Origin: Amoebidium appalachense
Taxonomy: Eukaryota; Protista; Ichthyosporea
Assembly (NCBI GenBank): GCA_963693365.1
Contig: CAVNZM010000003.1
Location: 2,398,408 to 2,462,407, forward strand
Direction of reading: 5' to 3'
Length of the DNA: 64,000 nt
The translations under genes were made by a program, and so were the position numbers. Of this stretch, positions 13,066 to 25,019 are shown piece by piece; position 1 is the stretch's first letter, and the number at the start of each line of letters is the position of its first letter. The notes below the pieces were generated by a model, which had not been told where the DNA came from, made no database searches, and was given only the letters and a program-made list of their open reading frames with translations.

Positions 13066-13673
13066 TGTCGTGTCTACAAACAGAGTGTATGTATACAAGC
13101 TACTCTAACTAACTGCACGCTTTTAGGGGCTTGAAACTGTGCATACGTATAAACTTTTCTTTGAGTTGGGTGGGAAGCGAGCCCAACGTGTTCTTAGAAG
13201 AACTTCGAAAAGCCCGCGACCCCGCGAGACACTTCACAGACACGCGGCCCAGTGGCCAGACAAATACCACAGTGACATTCAGCCAATCACAACACTCCCT
13301 CCCCCACAGACTACACGCACTCCACACCATTGGCTACCGCCACCTCAGACACCCCTACAGCACTACAACACGTACACACGTTTACTCACAATACATATAA
13401 GCATACACACACGCGAGCAAGCAACATGGGTCTGCCAAGCACACAGCAAGAAGCAATACAACATTTAACATGGAGAGTACGCAGAGGCATGGGGCATGCA
13501 CGCGCGCACCAAACAATCAGCCGCCGCTGCATCAGATTCTCCCCATACCAATGAATAATCTCCTTATACTCCACTTAGACCCCGGCATCACTATGCAAGA
13601 AAACCCCCGAAATTCACTCACCAAAACACAAAATATAGAAGCAAACTAATACGAATCAGCTCAGCACATGACA
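13066..13673 (-). mobile_element. Solo LTR (family 2) inserted in a recombinase exon
   Basis: TGTCGT...ATGACA termini; TSD ATTCA/AATCA (4 of 5 match). Removing it restores the frame TFKRVDESLADEAKK. Confidence 0.82.
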
Positions 13674-14495
13674 AATCATCAACCCTTTTAAAAGTGTCTG
13701 TCGAAAAAGTTTGTAAACAACTCACAACCCAAGTGCGTGCGCGGCGGCAATATGCACAGCACCAACCACACAACAATTGGCACATAAACCGAGACAACAA
13801 AATGCATCATGGCACAAACAGCGTAGCCATGCACCCGTTCAGCAATATTTAAAAAGACCAGCCACCAGCAAACCACACGATACACACCAACCCTAGCACA
13901 AAGTTAAACAAACAACCCGCCTACCACCTTTTTTCCTTCTCTTGTGCTATGCGCCTCTCTGTCTTACCTATCACCCGTCTTTCAGCTTCACAGCGCCTAC
14001 ATTTAAAAAGAAAAGACATTGCGAAAAGCCAGTTTTACGTTTGAAAATAAGAAAGGCAGACGGGAGGGGGAGGGGGGGGGGGGGGGGGGGGGGGGGAGCC
14101 ACACCGTCCAGTGTTGTCGGAGCTTTGGTGCGTTTGTTCGAGGCTGCATCCTGGCTGCCATCATCGATGCATTGTTTTTTGGCACCGGTGCCCTTTGAAG
14201 GACACGTTCTTGCGTTATGCCCTGGCTGGCGGCACGAGCCACAAAGGGGGGACCTTGCCTCTCACGCTTTTTGCCGAGCCTGGGTGAGGCACCCCCCTCC
14301 TTGTCATGGGATTCACTCATCGTGTGTTTATTTGAATTTACACAATTTCAAGGCACAACTTGGTCGTAAACTGTACTGGCAGAAAGGAATATTCCTGGAG
14401 ATGTTGTGGGAACGCCCCGCCCCAAAAAAAAAAAAAAAGAAAATTGCAAACAAAAAATAATCGCACGCTAAACACCAAGTGGTCCGAACTGAGCT

Positions 14496-14966
14496 CGGTC
14501 CCGGCAGGCAGCCATCGTTTTCCCTCCTGAGAAGGCTTTGATTTCGTTTTATTCTTGCATCGTGACTCATCGGATCGATGAGAATGTACGTGGCCATTGG
14601 ATGAGCCACCGGCCCTTGAAATGCTAATTACGTAATTACTTAAAAGCTTTATGTGGTGAGCCGTGCACGATTATGATTGGCTATAGATGTTTCTGAGAGG
14701 GGTAACGATATCCCATTGCGCAGGCATCACCGGTCCCGGCAGGCAGCCATCGTTTTCCCTCCTGAGAAGGCTTTGGTTTTCGTTTTATTCTTGCATCGTG
14801 ACTCATCGGATCGATGAGAATGTACGTGGCCATTGGATGAGCCACCGGCCCTTGAAATGCCAACTACGTAATTATTTAAAAGCTTTATTTGGTGAGCCGT
14901 GAACGATTATGATTGGCTATAGCTGTTTCTGAGAGGGGTAACGATATCCCATTGCACAGGCATCAC
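14496..14966. repeat. Tandem duplication of a ~234-bp unit upstream of the recombinase gene
   Basis: CGGTCCCGGCAGGCAGCCATCG...CAGGCATCAC occurs twice head-to-tail. Confidence 0.85.
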
Positions 14967-15074
14967 GAACATATTCGACTTCGAAGTAACACATGTGCCA
15001 CAAAAAAAAAAAAAAAAAGTAAAAAGCAATGCATGTTCTTATGCATGTATAAGCTAATAGACATACCCACAAGA

Positions 15075-15350
15075 TCAAAAAAGAACGTTGTATGCGATGT
15101 AGTGCATTCCCTGCAGAAATGCATCTGCCAGATCGTCCTTCTTGTCATTGTTTGACTTGAAGCAGCCGGCCCAAGAGCCCCATGCTTCCCCATAGATGGC
15201 CGGTGCATCGCCAGCCGGCTGCTGCTGGAGATGCTCGAGAATGGCAATGGTTTGCTGGACTGCCGCCCTCTTTTTGGCAGTATATATGGAGGATTTTGAA
15301 CCATGAGCAGGAATCACAACTTCTGGCAGTCCAAAAACAGCGTGCCCCAA
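15075..15350 (-). pseudogene. C-terminal fragment of a RuvC-like Holliday junction resolvase (Ydc2/Cce1 / poxvirus A22 family)
   Basis: YTAKKRAAVQQTIAIL ... KKDDLADAFLQGMHY matches the Y..KK..V and KKDDLAD.LQ motifs; the N-terminal half is not visible. Confidence 0.7.
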
Positions 15351-15520
15351 TTGCCAAGAGTGGCAACATTACACCTTCCAAGTCACAACAGTGCTCTCTG
15401 ATGGTATTGCCGTTTGTACAACGTTAACAACCACCATCGACAGTGGCTGGCATCATAATATGGCTCACTCTCAGCATTCTCGCAGGCTACAACAACAGTT
15501 CCTCCCAACTAGCAGATGCC

Positions 15521-16244
15521 TGACATATACTAATCCGTCTCAGCAGATTAGCCTAGGTCTACGATCGAGATCGGGGGGGGGGGGGGGGGGGGGGGGGGGG
15601 GTGGCCCGGGTCCACAGATCATCAAGATCAAGTCCGGGGCCTCAAGATAGCTGTGCAGCTGCGTGCATCATCTTGCCTCTGCCGGCGCAGGGCAGGACCA
15701 CGTCAGCTGGGACAGCCGACCAATAGAATTCTAATTAGTGTGTAGGATAGATCGTAGGAGGACTTAGGAATGTGATTGTTCGGGCAGAAGCCCTTTTGTA
15801 AATATTGGCAAGTTCTGATAGTGTATGCTGCCAAACGTATTTATATATTTCGATGACAGAGGAAAGGGGGGAGGGAGGGGGGAGGGAGATAGTATGAAAT
15901 GTAGAATTAGACTCTGCGGTGCCACTAGGGGAAGGGTGAGGGGTGAGACTTGGATAAATATATTAGTTGAGTAGATCGACTTAGCTCGTGCAGGCGCACG
16001 ATAAAAGTAGATCGGAATGTTAATGGAATGTGGCATCGTAGGGGGCCAGGTGATGATGATCTTGTAGGGCACGGCCTTGATGGCCTCAGTCGTAACTTAG
16101 ACTCAATCCGTACGGATCTAAGTTTGCCCGTCGGAGCCTGGTCTTAATAAACTTTACCGTTTTTCTATACACGTTCGTTCCTTTTCGTGTGTGTACACTT
16201 AGTAGAGTGCCGCGTCTCTAGTACACATATATTAGGATACGACA
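15521..16244 (+). repeat. 5' LTR of element B
   Basis: TGACATATAC...GGATACGACA; direct repeat of 37856-38591. Confidence 0.96.
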
Positions 16245-16333
16245 AGCTACACCTTTCTTTTAGTGCAGTTTTTCGCGCTAGGGTAACGCGGTGACAGTTC
16301 CTTCTGGGCTGTTGCTACACCTCAAACACACAG

Positions 16334-16367
<34 letters not shown>

Positions 16368-16405
16368 ATAAACACAACCACACGAGTTAGGGCACACACC
16401 ACACA

Positions 16406-17740
16406 ATGGCTAAGTTTAACGTAGACATGTTCTACGCATTGGCAGCGGAGGATAGCTCCCTGCACACACAGGTACCACAGGTTCATACACTAGACGTTAG
16501 ACAGACCACAGCTTTCAGTTTTACACTCAAACACGACTCGGAAATCCCTAGGTGGCTTAGGACACTCCTAGCTAACACACCCACACTAGTGTTAGACACA
16601 AAGAAGGCCCCCACTGTGGCGGCCTCGTGCTTAATGATCAAACAGTGCATCGACCACAAAACAATGGCCGACTTATGCACCCTGATGGAGGAGCACCCGT
16701 ACCGGGCCGAGCAGGCCCCCCAGGTGACGGCTCGTATATACGAGCAGCAGTACGACGAGGGGAGGGACGAGATGGTGTCCCGGACACTCGGCCAGAAACG
16801 TCTGGCCGCACGGTTCATCCCCGACGACGAGGACGAGAACAGCACCGACGACGTGGACGGGGAGCTCGAGGCCTTCACACGGCCGGAAAACGAGCTCGAG
16901 TATACGGCCCGGCTCGTCGGCCGATACCTGACGGCCGACCGGCGCCGTACCTTCCGGGCCCAGCTCAGAGAATGGAAGTATACCTTTCCCACTTTAGATA
17001 TGTCCCCCGTAGAAGCTCGTGCATTCTTTGAGAGGGAATATCGGGTCTTTGAAGACCTTTGTGAGTTAGCTGGTGACGTGAGTGATAGGGAAAAATTCGA
17101 GTTTGCTCGTAAGGCTCTCTCTGTAAACACAGACACTGCACGCATGTTTGGGGAGCATGATGATGTAGATGAGGTGGTGTTGCATGTTAAACGTCACTTG
17201 CTTGCCATGCACGAGGTGAAGTTCAATAAGAGGGATAAAAAGGAGGTGATGGAAGTAGACAAGAAAAAGAAGGAGAGTGGACAGAAGGGGGAAAAAGAGA
17301 AAAAAGAGGGTGAACAGCCAGATGCACTCACCATGTTGGTCAAGCAGGTTGCCGAGCTCTCCCAGGCCGTCTTTTCTGGCCGAGGGGGCTTCGGCTTCCG
17401 GGGTGGCCGTGGCGGCGACCGGGGTGGACACGGCGGTCGTGGCCGAGGTGGACGTGGAGGACAACAGCAGCAGTTCACCGAGAGGTTTGCCCCTTATCTT
17501 GCTCGTGGTGCTGGGCAGGGTAGAGGGAGGGGTGGAAATGGTGGTGAGAGAGGCCGAGGGGGGCAGGGGGGAAGGGGGGGCCGTGGTGCACACGGTGGGC
17601 CCCCCCAGCATGACCGGGCTCCCGGTTATGCTTTGCGCCAAGGTTTTGAAGTCCCCCCTGGCCCCTTCTTTGGTGCATGTTACTTTTGTGGCCGGCAAGG
17701 GCACTCTGCTGCATATTGCCGTAGTTACAAGAGCTATTGA
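16406..17740 (+). CDS. gag: Gag of element B (444 aa; RGG-rich region and CCHC knuckle)
   Basis: Intact ORF; RGG repeats; CYFCGRQGHSAAYC. Confidence 0.92.
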   Translation: MAKFNVDMFYALAAEDSSLHTQVPQVHTLDVRQTTAFSFTLKHDSEIPRWLRTLLANTPTLVLDTKKAPTVAASCLMIKQCIDHKTMADLCTLMEEHPYRAEQAPQVTARIYEQQYDEGRDEMVSRTLGQKRLAARFIPDDEDENSTDDVDGELEAFTRPENELEYTARLVGRYLTADRRRTFRAQLREWKYTFPTLDMSPVEARAFFEREYRVFEDLCELAGDVSDREKFEFARKALSVNTDTARMFGEHDDVDEVVLHVKRHLLAMHEVKFNKRDKKEVMEVDKKKKESGQKGEKEKKEGEQPDALTMLVKQVAELSQAVFSGRGGFGFRGGRGGDRGGHGGRGRGGRGGQQQQFTERFAPYLARGAGQGRGRGGNGGERGRGGQGGRGGRGAHGGPPQHDRAPGYALRQGFEVPPGPFFGACYFCGRQGHSAAYCRSYKSY

Positions 17741-17772
17741 GTTCCGGGGGAGGGGGAAGCTGGGGTCACTGA

Positions 17773-20700
17773 GGGAGGGGGGGGGACAGTATCGGTCCCC
17801 CCCAGGTTGCAGAGAACCTTCACCCTCCCCCACCCCAGGTTAAGCTTCCCTTTGCCCCCTCACCGCCCCGATACGTGTGGGAGCCGGGCATCGTCGTGGG
17901 TCCTCAAGACAGCGTCGAGGTGGTATGGCATGAATGTTTGTGGGGTGACTCTACCAAAGGTATGAATGGTGTGAATATTTTGTGGTTGGGGGAGGTTCCC
18001 CAGCCACAAGTGGATGGTCTCAGTGTTTCTTGTCCCAACCCGGTGTTTGTTCTCACCACACCGGAGGGGGTTTCTGTGCCATTGTTTCCGGGAAGGGGGG
18101 GGACACACACGAGTAAAGGGGGAAGGGGGGGGAAGGCACAGACACGTAGAAACACACCACCACAACAACATACGACGGTTGCAGACACACCTACACCCAC
18201 ACACACACCCACACATACACCAAACACACACACACCACCCACCCACACACCACAGACACACACTCCACCACCACCCACATCACATACACACCCCACCCCA
18301 CCCGTGCAGGCACCACAGGTAGGTATGTTGCACGTAGGTATCGAGGGTGTGAGTCTTCGTGGGCAGGGATTGGGTGTGAGTGATGATGTGTTGCTTGAAT
18401 TGGAGGAGGATTTAGTTGGTTTTAGCCGGCATTATATAGACGTATGGTTAGCTGAGGGTAAGTTGAAGGCTGTTGCTTTGCTCGATGGAGGGGCTCAGGT
18501 TAATTGTGTGCATGCTTCGTTTATTCGTCGTTTTAATCAGGCCGGGGGGGAAATTCCTATCTTAGATGCTTCCAGCACAGCCTTAGGTAGTGCTAATAAT
18601 AGTAGTATGTCTGTGGAAGGTGTTTGTGTGTTGCCGTGTGAGATAGGTGGCCAGGCTATGCATGTTGCTTGTTATGTGGTTAAGGATTTAGCTCAAAGTG
18701 TTTTGTTGGGAGCCCCATTTTTCCGTAGACATGTGAATCTTTTGTTTGAACGTACGAATGTTTTAGAATTGCAGTCCGGCGTTAAAATTAAAACCCATGA
18801 TGGGCTCGACGGTTATCAGTCTGGTGCTAGAACGGTAGCTGAAGTAGTAATCGAGCCTTATCAGTGCCAAACGGTACGTGTCCGGGCCGGCAATCATGTT
18901 AGGATAGGGGATTTAGGGGCTTTTACTCCGAAAACCCCATTTCAGGAGGTGGCCCAATGGACCCTTAGTAGGGTATGGCCGGATAAGACAATAGAAATAG
19001 AATTAGTGAATCCGGGCATCGAGCCTATCGTGATTAGGTCAGGTGTTTCCGTCGGTAGTTTCACTAATGAGATTGGTAGTATAGAGGTCTCTCTTATTAC
19101 CCAAAAGGAGGATGCCGGCTCGAAGGGTGACTCAGGAGGAGGGGGAACAACTTTATTTAACGTTAGCCACCAAAATGTCACCCGACACGATGGGGAGGGG
19201 GACCGGGACAGCACCGGTCCCACTCCCCCGACCCCCAAGAGGAAGGAGGGTCACCCCGGGTGTGAGAATGTGCAGGCAGGGGGGGAGGGTGTTGGTCTAA
19301 CCCGTGGATCTGACGGGTTAACCAACACCGTGGGGGGCAGGGTGGCCACAGACCTGGCCCCCCACATACATGCACTAACTCATCAGGAATTGCCCGGGGG
19401 CATTGGTGTGCCGGGGGGAGGGGGGTGCTAAGGGTGACCGCCTATATCCGGAGGTACCTCAACCTCACCCCGAGCAGCACCGATGTAATACAGGAGGTGA
19501 AATGTTAAGTGGCACTCCGGTGAATAAGGATGCATCCACTTGTGATGGGGGTAACCCGGAGTTAGTATTGCCGTTTGGTATGAAGGAGGGGGATTGGACG
19601 GTAGAACAGAAAAAATTGCTAGCTAAGTTATTTGATAGGACTCGGTTTGCATTTCTGGCCGATGATAACGAAGTAGGCTTCGTTAAAGGGTTTGAAATGC
19701 AGATCGACACAGGTGATAATAGGCCGGTAGTGATGCCTAGCTATAGAATGGAGCAGTATAAATTGTCGGATGCGCTAATAATAGTGAGTGATATGTTAAA
19801 AAAGGGTCATGTGGAGCATAGTTCGAGTCCGTGGAGAAGTCCGGTGCTATTGGTTAAGAAGCCCGACGGGTCTTGGCGTCTAGTGAACGATTACAGGGCT
19901 CTGAATCGGATCACTAAGGCAGACCAATGGCCTCTCCCTAACATAGACGAGCAGCTTTCACAGCTGCACGGCTATACTCACTTTGCTAAACTTGATTTAA
20001 AAGCAGCTTTTTGGCAGATAAGGTTGGAGGAGAGCAGCAAGGAGAAGCGTGACTGCCTTTGCACTGGGTGACCAGCTGTTCCAGTACAAGGTGGTGCCGA
20101 TGGGTTTGCTCTCCTCTCCAGCTATGTTGTGCCGGGTAATGTATAAAATTCTCCACCCTCATTTGGATGTATGCCACCCTTATTTGGATGATGTTTTAAT
20201 TAAAGGTAGGTCATTTGAGGAGCTAGTTAATAATTGTGAAAAAGTATTTTTAGCTTTGGGTGAGTCTGGTCTTCGCATTAGCGGTAGCAAGACTGTGATT
20301 GGTGTGCCGGAGGTTAAGTTTTTAGGTCATATTGTGTCTAGTAATGGTCTTGCCCCTGATCCGGAGAAAATCCGGGCCATAGTTGAGTGGCCCCGTCCTC
20401 AGACTGTCACTCAACTAAGGCAGTTTTTAGGTTTAACTAATTATCTTCGTCGTTATATTAAGGATTATAGTATGCTTGCTTTGCCGTTAACTAGTCAGAC
20501 GGGGGGGGAGAAGAAGAATAGAATAGATTGGAATGTTGATGCTGTTTCTGCTTTCGAAAAGCTTAAGTTAGCTTTGCAGTCTTCGAGTATGCTTGTTCAT
20601 CCTGATTTTTCGGCCGGGGGGGATGTTTAAAGTTCGGTGTGATGCAAGTAAGGTTGCTGAGGGGGCCGTGTTATATCAAGTGCAGGAGGGGCAGGATAGA

Positions 20701-21030
20701 GTGATTGCTTATGCTAGTCGTTCATTTAGTAAAAGTGAACGTAGATATAGCAATCCGGAGAGAGAGTCCCATGCTATCTTTTGGGCAGTCTCACAGGCAT
20801 GGCGGTATATACTCGCAGGCAGGACGTTTGAGGTCTACACCGACCACAAGCCCTGCCTAGCCATGGCCGGCACCACTCGTCTGGTCAACGAGAGGATGCA
20901 GAAGTGGGCCGCGGCTCTCGGTGAGTTCTCCTATAAATTGTTTTATGCCAAGGGTGAAACAATGGTTGACTGTGATGCTCTCTCTCGTGCTGCTTATATT
21001 TTGTTTGAAGAAGAGAAGGAGGGGGAGGGG
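17773..21030 (+). pseudogene. pol: pol of element B, 5' part (protease, RT, RNase H), with frameshifts near 19420, 20050 and 20620
   Basis: ALLDGGAQVNCV; WRSPVLLVKKPDGSWRLVNDYRALN; YLDD; VRCDAS...YSNPERESHAI...YTDHKP. Confidence 0.95.
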
Positions 21031-21956
21031 CATCAGCAAACCCCACCCCCCCGCTAAATTGTATCCTCGTACACATTTTGAACACTTGAATGTCCAAAAA
21101 TGTTCAAAAATTCGTACATTCAGTGAATCGTATATGGATACCTATTCGAATGCCACCTGACACCACATGGTATATGTGTGTACCTAGCCGAATACTACAT
21201 GAATACATGCCCAAGTACCTTGTGAATGCACACTAGATAACGTATGAATGCACTATAGATACCGTATTCATACCACTTGGACACCGTGTTCTGAGTATAC
21301 ACGTACATACGCGTACATGACCAGACATTCAGTTGGAATACATATTTGTGTATATGGGGTACATGTGGAGTGCTTTATAAATACCCGTTCAGTGACACTG
21401 GAACGTCCACGAATACACTATGTGAATGTTTCGAAAATACTCCACAAACACGATCTGAGTACGACATATGTGTTCATGAATAGTAACTGCGAACGTTATT
21501 CGGTGCACACATATGTACTCAAATAGCATCTCACGAATGCCTAAGGGTACCATAAAATACCTTATTTGAACACAAACGGATGCCATAAAGGCGTTCGTAG
21601 AACAGCATGTTTAGTGCAAATGAATACGTTTTTGGACACTAACAACATATTCAGGCAGTATTTTTCGACCATACTCGTAATACATTTATATACACGAATT
21701 TGACATTCGTGTATGTTCATGGGGCATTGTAAGAACAATATAGAGATTAAGAACAATATAGAGATGTTCACATTGTGTGTTTATTGGTATTCATAAATTG
21801 TTCGTGGGCGCCCACATTTATTCACACAATACATTCGAGAATATCCTACTATTACGACATGAGTAACTTTTGAATGTACATGCCCAGCATTCATTGAACA
21901 CTAATATGTACCGACTCACTCTGTCGACGTCCCCCCCCCCCCCCCCTTCCTTCTTA

Positions 21957-23478
21957 CCTTTCTAACTTTTTCACAATTTGTACACGAGATACCATTAAGA
22001 CTGTTGTTCCTTTATGTCTCGCTCCACTGGAGCAGAGACCGCACAAGTTGTTCATGTTTAAAAATTTCGAAGTCTCACTCCACAGGAGTAGAGACAATTT
22101 CACTCTGTTAGACTCCACAGGAGTCCAGCTTTCACCGAACAAACTAAACAAACCAACAAACCAACAAACAAAACAAAACAAACATCATCACACAAATAAA
22201 ATACGAAGTCTACATCTCCCCCCTATCTCCCCCCTGCAGAGGCCGGGACTACACCAAAAGAGACATAAACTAAGTATTAATTCTTTTTTTTTTTCCTCCC
22301 GGGGGGGGGGGGGGGGGGGTCTTTCCCTATTCCTCATCATTCTAATCATCCTCAACCCTCCCACCCACATCGCCTTTCTGCTGACAGGCTGAGGACTGCC
22401 TTCTCCCGGACCTTGCAGATCTTTTCCCATGTCTTTGCATACGGGGTTGGGACAGAAGGAGATTGTGTGAGTGTTTTTAACTTTTCTGGCTAGCCTGAGC
22501 ATGTATGTACCTGGGAAAAATGCTATCACAATGTTACCATACCAAACCTAAAGATGACATGATAGGATGATACTTGCCCATGCTTAGGAGATATCCTAAA
22601 ACACTACGATGATACGTAACCCATACATACGACTTACCAATATCATCATTTCGATATCCATACGTTGTCTTTCGGACGGGAGCTAAAACACAATGATGGG
22701 GGGGGGGGGGGGGGGTTGAATGCAGAATACGGTACGAAATACGCATACACGATGAGAAGCATGGTGCAGGACACATGCAAAGGCAAACATTCAAGCACGC
22801 AACATCAGCCATGTGCACAGTATGCGTCATAAGCAGAGCCCATCCTCAGGGAGGACGCAAGGGGGGGGGGGGGGTAGTTGTTTACCTTGCTGATCTCTGA
22901 TGGCCGAGCACCACCCTCGTAGTCAGGCATGTCAGCTCCATACTTCACAGCTGACCACGAAATCTGAGTGGCAGACTTGTGGGCCATTGGATCCCGCAGT
23001 CCGCACTCAAATGTGTGGAGCATGAAGCTGAAGAGCTCGGGCAACGCCTTTTGAAACTCCTGTGTGGGTGTTGGTGTGTGTGTTGCGTGTACGTACACGT
23101 AAGCATGTGTGTATGTGGTGATGAGGAAAGGGGGTATTCTCCATTAGCAGCAAATAAAACCGAATTCGACAATGAAAAATCTGAAATGACTTGAGGAAGT
23201 GGGAAGCTGAATGGATACTGGATAACCATGCATGTACCGTTTCTCTGAGTGTCAAGGATTTGATGTCTTGTGTGGTTATGTGTTGGTGATTCGTACGTGG
23301 GACAACAGGGGGAGGTGGGAGGGAGGGAGTGGGAGTGAGTGTGTGTGTGTGGGGGGGGGGGGGGGGGGGGGTCACAGTGCATTAAGAATGAACCAATAAG
23401 GAAGAACAACAACATTAAACATGAATAAGCATGTTGAAAAAAGCAGCATGAGAAGACTTCGTCTTTGATTGGGGTGTG

Positions 23479-23509
<31 letters not shown>

Positions 23510-24390
23510 GGGGGGGGAATGGGCACAAACGTTTAGTGTCTTGAAGCTGCTGAGGCGGTTCTTGATGTAGGAGCCGTTGATGGGGGACTGTCACATGCAC
23601 ATGATGCGGTGAAGGGCGGAGTTGCCCCATGGGTTGCCCCTCACCGGATCGACGCTGTACATGTGGCCACAGGGATGGTTGTTGCACTCAACTTGAACCT
23701 CCACCAACCACCCCTCCCACGTCTTCTTGCGGCACCTAACCTGGTCTGCCAACTTGTCGGGGTCGGCGGCATTGACAGGGGCAACCTGGAACATCTGTGT
23801 TGGTGGGCATGGAGGCATTTGACAGTTTTTTGGAAGGGGGGGGGGGAGGGGGGAGGGGGGGATGGGAGGGGCTTTTGGTGTGTGTGTTTTTTTGTATGTG
23901 TGGGTGGGGAAGTGAGTGAGTGATTGAGTGTGTGTGTTTGGGGGGGGGGGGGGGGGGGGGGGGGTTAGAATGAATGAATAACACTAAATGCTAACATGTG
24001 AAACACGCGTACGTTGTGCTGAAAGACAAAAGCACAAACTTATGAAGTCTAGAGAAGCAGAAAATAGCTTGAACGACTGGTGGAGGGGATGATAGCTATA
24101 GTGCTAACAGGAAAAGTAGTGCCCACAGTCGCTGGTTCATGAACGTGAAAAGGCAACGTGCATCTGCAGCCAGCAGAACACACGCACACGCACGCACACA
24201 CACACACACATAAACACACACGCACACAGACACAGACACAGACACAGATATAATCACAGGCACGGACACAGACCAGACAGACAAACGCCATATGCACAAA
24301 AGCAGGCAACACAAAACTAACCTTCAAACGGCCTTTCAGCCGTTAGGCGAAGATGCTTCAGCATCACGGCCATCTAGAAACACCAGATGG
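21957..24390 (-). pseudogene. Multi-exon Cys-rich passenger gene of unknown function
   Basis: GT-AG exons around 23794-23531 (MFQVAP...VECNNHPCGHMY...; one in-frame TGA), 23060-22887 (EFQKALPELF...), 22510-22370 (FCPNPVCK) and 22140-21957 (LCGLCS). Not all exon phases join. Confidence 0.5.
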
Positions 24391-24930
24391 CCGTGTTCAG
24401 CATGCAGCATGGTCGAAACCATGCAGCACGGTGGCTGCGCAGGGGACCTGTGACCAGGCGACCTGCGGGAAGGGAACTGCGACCAGGCGACCTGCGGGAA
24501 GGGACCTGCGGAACTGCGGACCTGCGGGAAGGGGGAAAAGAAATGGAGCAAACAACGTGCGTACAGGCTTAAACGGACAAAAAATTGCAAACCGGATTGG
24601 GTTTAGCCAATCACTATTTGCTATTTGCTATAGTTCGGTTTAGTAACCGCCGCGCCTGATTAGGGAAAAGATAAAAATAGATTTCGGCTCGCGCGCGCGC
24701 GTGCATCAGCTTGGTGCCCTTAGCGGTGCCCTTAGTCACAACTATCAGACTATAGTTACGTGTCCTCCACGTGACCCCAGTCTTCCGAGGTGGTGTCATA
24801 GGTGGGCGCCAACACCAATAAATTGACTGGTGACGGGTGTACAACCAAAGAAACTCAGCAGCACATATAATAACGTTGATGCTATACCCTGCCTAGTTGA
24901 CGTAATAACTAGTGCACCATCGCACGCGTG

Positions 24931-24967
<37 letters not shown>

Positions 24968-25019
24968 TGGGGGGGTGTTTTTGCCACGCGGTACCCCTGA
25001 TATTGTAGGTGTACACTGC

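Noticed and set aside
15075-15350. Fanzor/TnpB RuvC domain
   Set aside because: The motif is DDLAD..LQ (resolvase type); there is no zinc finger or DRD.NAA.NI motif.
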